53,588 bases of DNA from a virus (taxonomy: Duplodnaviria; Caudoviricetes): the IMG/VR virus record IMGVR_UViG_3300025120_000071, positions 1 to 53,588 of that record. One strand, 5' to 3'. Positions 47,190 through 53,588 of the stretch are shown piece by piece. The position numbers and the translations under genes were made by a program. The notes beneath the pieces are model-generated. The model did no database searches, was not told the origin of the DNA, and was given only the letters and a program-made list of their open reading frames with translations. The stretch's first letter is position 1, and every line of letters starts with the position of its first letter.

Positions 47190-47856
47190 CTAAAAGAAAA
47201 CGATTTTTTATTTTATCAGTTTTTCTTCTCCAACCGTTAAATATACAAATATTGTAGTTTTTTTCAAAAAAATAATTTGGTTCTATATCGTCACCGGCTC
47301 TCCAATAACGATTTTCATCTATACCGTATAATCTGGAATAAACTTCATCCCTTGGTATATACAATAGTTTTTCATTTTGGTCATGATCTAAATAAGAATC
47401 TATTCCATTATATTTTAACATGTAATAATCTTGATTTTTTTCAAATTTATTCCACATATCGGTGCAGTCACCGGACCATATCATAATGGATGAATTTAAT
47501 TTTGTGTCAAATTCAGTTATATCATATGGTTTCCAATATGCTTTTATAAGACAAAGCATATTTTCTACACAAAGGTTTTTTAAATGTGTAATATTATTTT
47601 GTATTACTATATCTAAATCTAAAAACATTGTTGATGTTTTAGTCGGATATTCAAAGAGAGTCAGTTTCCACCACCAATTTTCTAAATCATAATCAGGTAA
47701 TGGTTGGATAATAACGTTACGATTTATTCCATTTGCATTTTCTGTATGGCATATAAAATTAAAGTCACCATGAAAGTTTTTACATACCATTCGATATAAT
47801 CGATTAACATGCTCATGGCTAAATTTATCACCCCACTTTAAACATATAATATTCAT
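47152..47856 (-). CDS. Glycosyltransferase-like protein
   Basis: ICLKWG.K....VN.L..MV, WWWK..LF, FLDLD, NSS.M.W, FNG. Confidence 0.75.
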   Translation of the reverse strand: MNIICLKWGDKFSHEHVNRLYRMVCKNFHGDFNFICHTENANGINRNVIIQPLPDYDLENWWWKLTLFEYPTKTSTMFLDLDIVIQNNITHLKNLCVENMLCLIKAYWKPYDITEFDTKLNSSIMIWSGDCTDMWNKFEKNQDYYMLKYNGIDSYLDHDQNEKLLYIPRDEVYSRLYGIDENRYWRAGDDIEPNYFFEKNYNICIFNGWRRKTDKIKNRFLLDDEGYRGFEQYY

Positions 47857-48509
47857 ATCATGAACCGCTTAGTATTACGCGCTTGATATTTATCTCTGAA
47901 CTCTTTTGGACTACTGCTTTTATTTCTGGATCTATCAGATATAACTATGCTCATTTCTATATTATTATTTTTTGCTATTTGCTGTGCTTTTTCTATCTTA
48001 TGTTGATTAAAATCAAATAATATAAATTGCCATATAACTTTTTTACTTAGTTTTGCACCAAGAAACATTGCTTCAAATACTAGTTCACTATTTTGTTTAA
48101 TTCTGTATTCCGGAACTTCGCCCGGCAAATTATCTAAGCCGAATACCCAAGATACGTTATCACCATGTATACTATATGCATCTTTATACCAGTCTATATT
48201 TTTTTGATGAGCGGCAGTAGCAACATTAAATAGTTTTTTTGGATATTCATTTGTTATGGCTAATATTTCTTTAAACTTTGGATGATATATTGGATCAGAT
48301 ATTTGTCCGCACATATTAATACGGGTAAAATAGTCAGCCATTTTTCTAAAATTATCGATAGATATAGCTGTAGAATTTTTAATTTTATTTTTTGCTCTTG
48401 GGTCTTGACGCTGGCAACCTGGACATTCTAAAACACATTTACTACACATATCTAAGTTACATCTTGCATTATATGCTTGACGCATTATATATTCTTCATA
48501 ATCACCCAT
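47853..48509 (-). CDS. Radical SAM enzyme lacking a C-terminal SPASM domain
   Basis: CVLECPGC, CGQISDPIYHP, WQFILF..N; start moved to ATG 48509 after a GGAG RBS. Confidence 0.85.
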   Translation of the reverse strand: MGDYEEYIMRQAYNARCNLDMCSKCVLECPGCQRQDPRAKNKIKNSTAISIDNFRKMADYFTRINMCGQISDPIYHPKFKEILAITNEYPKKLFNVATAAHQKNIDWYKDAYSIHGDNVSWVFGLDNLPGEVPEYRIKQNSELVFEAMFLGAKLSKKVIWQFILFDFNQHKIEKAQQIAKNNNIEMSIVISDRSRNKSSSPKEFRDKYQARNTKRFMI

Positions 48510-48828
48510 TATATACTCCACATTTTTTTCTACATACTCTTGGAGCACGATCAGGTTCATGTAGTATGGAATACATGAACATTTTCCAAACATCAGAATT
48601 TATTATATCATCTACACTTACATTGTTTTCTAATTTTAATTTATCATCTTTAAATCCAAGATTTTCAAATGCTTTTTCTTCTAGATCATCACACCAACAA
48701 CAAGGTAATATAAAACCATCAGCACAATATGCAATACCTTTTACGTATTTCTTTTTTGCATATATCTTCTCACCTTCTTCATCATAGTAAAAAGGTGAGC
48801 ATTCAGGTTTTATATAAGATAAAGTCAT
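48502..48828 (-). CDS. Stand-alone SPASM/twitch-like Fe-S protein
   Basis: PEC...DGFILPCCW...IINS..W...P.VCRKKC, matching the C-terminus of the 43956 ORF. Confidence 0.75.
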   Translation of the reverse strand: MTLSYIKPECSPFYYDEEGEKIYAKKKYVKGIAYCADGFILPCCWCDDLEEKAFENLGFKDDKLKLENNVSVDDIINSDVWKMFMYSILHEPDRAPRVCRKKCGVYNG

Positions 48829-50209
48829 TTATAACCAATATATCAAGAGCTGTTTTATTAAATGTATTTATTGCTTGTTCAGGAGTCTCAACTATAGGTT
48901 CTCTACAATTGAAACTTGTGTTTAATAATATAGGATGTCCAGTTGCCTGATAAACATGCTGAAGAAGCTCATACAATTTTGGATTTTCTTGTTCATTCAC
49001 CGTTTGTATACGTGAAGTACCATCAACATGAATCACACCGGGTATGGATTCTTTAGCACTATCTTTTGCTTTTACGATACGAGACATATATGGGCTAGGT
49101 TGTGTAATGTCGAAATACCAGTGTGCATGATCCTGTAATATAACAGGAGCAAATGGACGGAAGTCTTCTCGATGTTTTATAGTTTTATTGATTATATCCT
49201 TTATGTTAGGATTGCATGGACTAGCTAAGATACTACGATTACCTAAAGCCCTATGTCCACTTTCAGATTTACCTTGAAACCAACCTACTATTTTACCCGC
49301 TTGTAGTTCCCATGCTAAAGCTTCTAAGTTTACTTTTTTATCACCAACAAATTCATATTCTTTTCCACTATATTTACTAGGAATATGTATCCTACAATTA
49401 AGCATTTTTTCGGCATGCATATATGTTCCTATTGATTGCCCTTCATCGCCAGGTGCTGGTGGAACATACACTGAATTATAGTGTTTAGTAAACTCTTCGT
49501 TCATATAACCATTATATGCTACACCGCCTGCAATACAAATATTATCACATGATTTAAGTGGAAAAACATGCCTCTTAATAAGATCTATAGTATGATGCTG
49601 TAATGTTGCGGCTATGTCTTCTTTCTTAGCATTCAATAAGTAGTCATAGTTTTTATTTTCAATTGCTAAATGTATGGCAATATTATATTCTCCGTATGCT
49701 GATAATCCCATAAGCTTGCTGGCACCTAAGTCTCCAAACCCTAATCTTTTCGAAAAGTAATTCCATAAGATACCGATATTCATCTTATCGGATAGATCTG
49801 TTATGTTGCCGGTTTTATCTACAAAGATACAATTATAATTCCAACCGCGTCCATCTATGGCTAATACGTCAGAAGTATGATATGCTGAATCTAAAAGAGC
49901 GTATGCCGCATGAGATTGATGATGATCAATATAATACTGATTGCCTATCATCTTATAATCCCATAAGTGTTTAGGCTTCCAATCTAAAAACTCTTGTTTA
50001 ATTTTATGATGTGGTATTGATTCCATCCCACCGATAGTTACTGTAAACGCTAAAACTTCATGATCATCCGGTTTAAAATATTCATCATAAAATTTAGCAG
50101 TACCATCAAAGTTATGTTTTATACGACTATATCTTTCTATTTGATTATGAAATACTCCGTCATAAACGTTATGATCATGTGGTCCTAATGCAACACTAAA
50201 TATTTTCAC
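48803..50209 (-). CDS. Carbamoyltransferase (NodU/CmcH family)
   Basis: HD, ER.SR.KH, HHQSHA, KLMGL, GGVA.N, GD.G, RALGNRSILA, RE.FRPFAP, HVDGT.R.QTV, LNTSFN. Confidence 0.93.
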   Translation of the reverse strand: MKIFSVALGPHDHNVYDGVFHNQIERYSRIKHNFDGTAKFYDEYFKPDDHEVLAFTVTIGGMESIPHHKIKQEFLDWKPKHLWDYKMIGNQYYIDHHQSHAAYALLDSAYHTSDVLAIDGRGWNYNCIFVDKTGNITDLSDKMNIGILWNYFSKRLGFGDLGASKLMGLSAYGEYNIAIHLAIENKNYDYLLNAKKEDIAATLQHHTIDLIKRHVFPLKSCDNICIAGGVAYNGYMNEEFTKHYNSVYVPPAPGDEGQSIGTYMHAEKMLNCRIHIPSKYSGKEYEFVGDKKVNLEALAWELQAGKIVGWFQGKSESGHRALGNRSILASPCNPNIKDIINKTIKHREDFRPFAPVILQDHAHWYFDITQPSPYMSRIVKAKDSAKESIPGVIHVDGTSRIQTVNEQENPKLYELLQHVYQATGHPILLNTSFNCREPIVETPEQAINTFNKTALDILVINDFILYKT

Positions 50210-51027
50210 AGTACTTTACCAGCTGAAACAATATCTAATATTTGATCTTCTGATCTTTTATCAATATGTTCAGTACACTTTTTACAATAATTCTCAAATT
50301 CAAATAATTCATAGTTCATCATTTTATCTATGTTTTCCTTTGTAACATCAAATTGTCTTGATCCATTAATTACTTTTTTACTACAATGACGAATCTTTTG
50401 AATCTCAAAATCTACTACAGGTACTTTCGGAAATGCAGCACACATCTTACGATCAAATTCTGGTGCTTGTTTAATATTAATAAAATCCGGTGCGCGCGAA
50501 TTAAAAGATTTAAATTTAGTATTTTTATGATCTAATATTGATAAATCATGATTTTCTCTATACTTAAAATAATTAGGTGTCATTATGATAAAATTGTAAT
50601 TGTTTAAATCGTTTTCTTTAAAAAAATTATAGTTTCCTAATTTCTCTATTTTGTCTTCATGAAAATCTAATACTAAGTGCTCAAAATATAATACACTTGG
50701 ATCTTCAATTATATTTGGATAGCGTTTACGCACAAAAGAATTAGATAAAACTGTAGGTATTAAATTTTTATGCTTTTTAATTTCGTCTACAACTTCATTC
50801 AAGTTTTTAATTAGACCGGGTTCACCGCCTAGCAATTGTATTTTAACAACGTATGGTGATAACCCCTTTAGAGTTTTACTAAGGAAATTCATGTCAACGG
50901 TAAGGTTTCTCATTTCCAAAGTCCAAGCTGTACAATAATGACAAGACTTGTTACAAGATTTTGATAAGTAAAAATCTATACCTCTTATATCAAATACATC
51001 ATCATACATATTATGCCATAACACCAA
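50206..51027 (-). CDS. Radical SAM enzyme (likely start 51009)
   Basis: CNKSCHYC, LLGGEP; C-terminal C...HC...CKKC. Confidence 0.88.
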   Translation of the reverse strand: MVLWHNMYDDVFDIRGIDFYLSKSCNKSCHYCTAWTLEMRNLTVDMNFLSKTLKGLSPYVVKIQLLGGEPGLIKNLNEVVDEIKKHKNLIPTVLSNSFVRKRYPNIIEDPSVLYFEHLVLDFHEDKIEKLGNYNFFKENDLNNYNFIIMTPNYFKYRENHDLSILDHKNTKFKSFNSRAPDFINIKQAPEFDRKMCAAFPKVPVVDFEIQKIRHCSKKVINGSRQFDVTKENIDKMMNYELFEFENYCKKCTEHIDKRSEDQILDIVSAGKVL

Positions 51028-52069
51028 TTATCATAGCAGTTGTTAATGCTTCTTCGTCTGTTACATAAGGATGGCAAGGTAAAGATAAAATTGTATCACT
51101 CGCTATCTGCGCGTTAGGACACGGCTTTAACTTAAACATGCTGTTAGCTGATAGTGGTTTATCATAATGAATTTTTGCTCCGAGTTCATCTTTTACTTCA
51201 TCACGTATTTCTTTATTTTCAAACCTTACCACATATTTATGGTAGTTGTGAAGCATGCTCATGTCATCTGGTATCTGACTTATAACTGGTATATCTTGTA
51301 ATGCTTCATGATATTTATAAGCAACTTGGGTTCTTAACAATTGTAGTTCTTTAATGCGATCAAACCTCATTTCAATATATGCCGCATTCGTATAAAACAT
51401 TTTTGAATTATAACCAAGCATTTCATGATCGTTGCCTTTACCATGTCTTCGTAGTTTACGAAGGTAGTCTGCAATTATTTTTACGTTAGTAAGTACCATG
51501 CCTCCACCAGAAAGACCTGATATAACTTTGTTGCTATTGAAACTAAAAGAACTAATATCACCAATTGAACCAGCATATCTACTTTTATAAATCGAGCCTA
51601 GAGATTGTGCGGCATCTTCTATAAATGCTATATTGTTTTCTTTACAGTACTTTTCTATTTCTTTTGTTTCAGTCATATTACCAAACAAGTGAGTATAGAT
51701 AAGTGCTTTAGTTTTACTCGTAGTTTTCTTTTTAATCTCATCAAATGATATGTGGTAAGAATCTAAATCAATATCGCAAAACACCGGTGTGGCTCGAGCC
51801 ATGAGAATGCAAGATGCAGATGAGATCCACGAAAAATCACTGACTAGTACCTCATCACCCGCACTAACGTTAAAACATTTAAGTGAAAAGAATAATGCGT
51901 CTGTAGCACTATTAATAGCAACTGCATGTTCACGGCCAACATACTTTGCAATCTTTTTTTCTAAAAACTCTATGTTCTTTTCGTTATCTTCTTGCATTAC
52001 TTTATCAAATAAGTTTTGATATAGCTCCTTATTTTTAAGATAGTCTTGATCCCAACCTTCATAATTCAT
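51011..52069 (-). CDS. DegT/DnrJ/EryC1/StrS PLP-dependent sugar aminotransferase
   Basis: SATDAL, GDEV, PVFCD, HLFG, IEDAAQS.G, SFN.NK, LSLP.HP. Confidence 0.92.
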   Translation of the reverse strand: MNYEGWDQDYLKNKELYQNLFDKVMQEDNEKNIEFLEKKIAKYVGREHAVAINSATDALFFSLKCFNVSAGDEVLVSDFSWISSASCILMARATPVFCDIDLDSYHISFDEIKKKTTSKTKALIYTHLFGNMTETKEIEKYCKENNIAFIEDAAQSLGSIYKSRYAGSIGDISSFSFNSNKVISGLSGGGMVLTNVKIIADYLRKLRRHGKGNDHEMLGYNSKMFYTNAAYIEMRFDRIKELQLLRTQVAYKYHEALQDIPVISQIPDDMSMLHNYHKYVVRFENKEIRDEVKDELGAKIHYDKPLSANSMFKLKPCPNAQIASDTILSLPCHPYVTDEEALTTAMIIGVMA

Positions 52070-52886
52070 TTAGAATATTCTCCACGTTTGGTTTTTGTAT
52101 CTTTCTATTTTTATAAACTTCAGCACCTTTGTTAGTAGCTTCAAATATCATATCTTTCTTATAGTATATACACTCTTGTATAATCCTTGGCGCAGGATCT
52201 AAAATACTCTTAGTGTAAACATATGTTTCAAATATACCTAGCACATTGGGAATAGGCACTACAAGATTATTAAACCTTGAGTTGATAACACCTATGTCAT
52301 AAATCATAATGCCATGATCTGGATATTTCTGTATTACAGATTTTGCTGCATTATAATATTGGCTATTAGTTCCGTTAAACAAATATTGGAACTGTATGTC
52401 TTTTTCTATTGGCTTGTAAATATCAAACCAAATTCTTTTTTCAAATGGTTTGCCTTCACCGTTTGGATATATGTCATAGTCACATAAGTCTATTACTTCT
52501 TCAGGGCAAAAATATTCTAATGCTTGATTATATTCTACCGGATGGTTCTCAGAATATACTGATATAACTTTATCTCTGAATAGTAAATGCAATAAAAGCA
52601 ATTGATCTATTTTGTATGATTCTCTATCTTTGTAACCAAGAGTCATCATACTTCTACCCATAATCAATGTCACACCGGTATACACAAAATCGTCTACAAT
52701 CACATTATCATAAAAAGTATATTTTTCTGTGATAGCATTAAAGTAGTCTTCTTCAGTAAACAAAGGATGCGATATAATTATAAGATGGGCTGCAGTGCCA
52801 ATACTATTAAGGTAACTACAATATTCATAACTATAATATAATAGACCATCACACGGCTTAGCCGTGCATACTATATTCAAAGCCAA
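52059..52886 (-). CDS. Hypothetical protein, possibly GT-B related
   Basis: Coupled in the operon; DPAPRIIQEC resembles a donor-binding loop (weak). Confidence 0.55.
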   Translation of the reverse strand: MALNIVCTAKPCDGLLYYSYEYCSYLNSIGTAAHLIIISHPLFTEEDYFNAITEKYTFYDNVIVDDFVYTGVTLIMGRSMMTLGYKDRESYKIDQLLLLHLLFRDKVISVYSENHPVEYNQALEYFCPEEVIDLCDYDIYPNGEGKPFEKRIWFDIYKPIEKDIQFQYLFNGTNSQYYNAAKSVIQKYPDHGIMIYDIGVINSRFNNLVVPIPNVLGIFETYVYTKSILDPAPRIIQECIYYKKDMIFEATNKGAEVYKNRKIQKPNVENILNEL

Positions 52887-53485
52887 GAAATAACCTCATC
52901 AATAGTTGGTTTGTTTTCATTCTCTCTTTGCCTGTTCCATTTTTTATATCCTAAACTCATAACAATATAAACATCTTCATTTACAAAACTAAATCTTTCT
53001 TTTATATAAGGTAAACAAGCAGTATAAGAAACATCGATATTATTTTCTAAACATAAGCAAGATAATGTTAGCATAAACATTCCTATTTCAATAGCTGGTA
53101 TATTTTTATACTTTTTATAACTATGTACATTACATTCTTGATATTCGCGCCCTTTTAATATTAAATTTTGAACATGTAAATTAGGAGGAAAAGCTAATCG
53201 TTGTGTAAAAACTAAAACGTATGGAGCAAGCAATTGCTTATTATGATATGAATTTGTAAAACTAGATTCTTTAGATTGTGTATTTTTTGATAAGTCAAAC
53301 AGTTCTTTCTTTTCATCTATTTTGTCTGGTCCTAATACTAATACTTCATATGGCATAAGATTTTGTTTTGATGGTACCAGTTCATAAGTTTTTTCTAAGA
53401 GACTTTCAACTAACTCTTTTTCCGGAAAAACATCGTCTTTAAACCATTCAACTTGTTTTCTTCTAGATAAAAGTTCTTCTAGCAT
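52877..53485 (-). CDS. Nitroreductase-family flavoprotein
   Basis: L..RKQV..F, PS.QN..PY, AP.VL, EIG......L......DVSY..C, LGY. Confidence 0.8.
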   Translation of the reverse strand: MLEELLSRRKQVEWFKDDVFPEKELVESLLEKTYELVPSKQNLMPYEVLVLGPDKIDEKKELFDLSKNTQSKESSFTNSYHNKQLLAPYVLVFTQRLAFPPNLHVQNLILKGREYQECNVHSYKKYKNIPAIEIGMFMLTLSCLCLENNIDVSYTACLPYIKERFSFVNEDVYIVMSLGYKKWNRQRENENKPTIDEVISWL

Positions 53486-53496
53486 TATTATCTCCT

Positions 53497-53525
53497 ATTA
53501 TACCATATTTATTCGTGTTTGTAAA
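53497..53525 (-). promoter_or_regulatory. Early-type promoter with embedded late-like box driving the island
   Basis: Minus strand (G)TTTACA, 17 nt, TATAAT with extended TG; spacer contains AATAAATA (53506-53513). Confidence 0.7.
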
Positions 53526-53535
53526 CCACTTTTTT

Positions 53536-53543
53536 TATAAATA
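53536..53543 (+). promoter_or_regulatory. T4-type late promoter for a gene beyond the window
   Basis: TATAAATA; ATG at 53586. Confidence 0.65.
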
Positions 53544-53588
53544 AAGTAAAGAACATGTTCGAGTTACTTAGTATCGAGTGGTAAAATG

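Noticed and set aside
1629-52019. Short nested or antisense ORFs in the track (e.g. 1629, 1756, 3206, 4470, 5180, 6141, 9236, 13018, 16100, 26101, 32775, 36483, 47277, 48392, 51789)
   Set aside because: They overlap well-supported genes and lack an RBS or recognisable motifs; treated as shadow ORFs

Overview
This window is part of a large T4-like myovirus genome; no host is identifiable, and an aquatic proteobacterial host is only inferred. From left to right it holds: a 5'-truncated PD-(D/E)XK exonuclease and a HAD nucleotidase; a roughly 7.8 kb glycan operon (glycosyltransferases, methyltransferases, UDP-galactopyranose mutase); early small-ORF cassettes behind sigma70-like promoters sharing a palindrome; a structured intergenic region of about 260 nt that looks like ncRNA; gp33 and gp32; a minus-strand tail/head block (gp4, gp2, tube-like protein, gp26/gp51-like pair, tape measure); a plus-strand baseplate/fibre block (gp48, gp53, hub, gp5 spread over three ORFs, gp25, gp6, gp7, gp9-like, gp8, split VrlC-like, Asp-Ser-repeat proteins); and an AT-rich 9.5 kb minus-strand island of radical SAM, carbamoyltransferase, aminotransferase, glycosyltransferase and nitroreductase genes. 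Best candidates for new biology: (1) phage-encoded virion glycosylation acting on Asp-Ser motifs in baseplate/fibre proteins, (2) an anti-Shine-Dalgarno hairpin within an RNA cluster, and (3) a lambda G/GT-style -1 frameshift joining the gp26-like and gp51-like ORFs. All family calls rest on motifs read by eye and on gene order; no searches were run.
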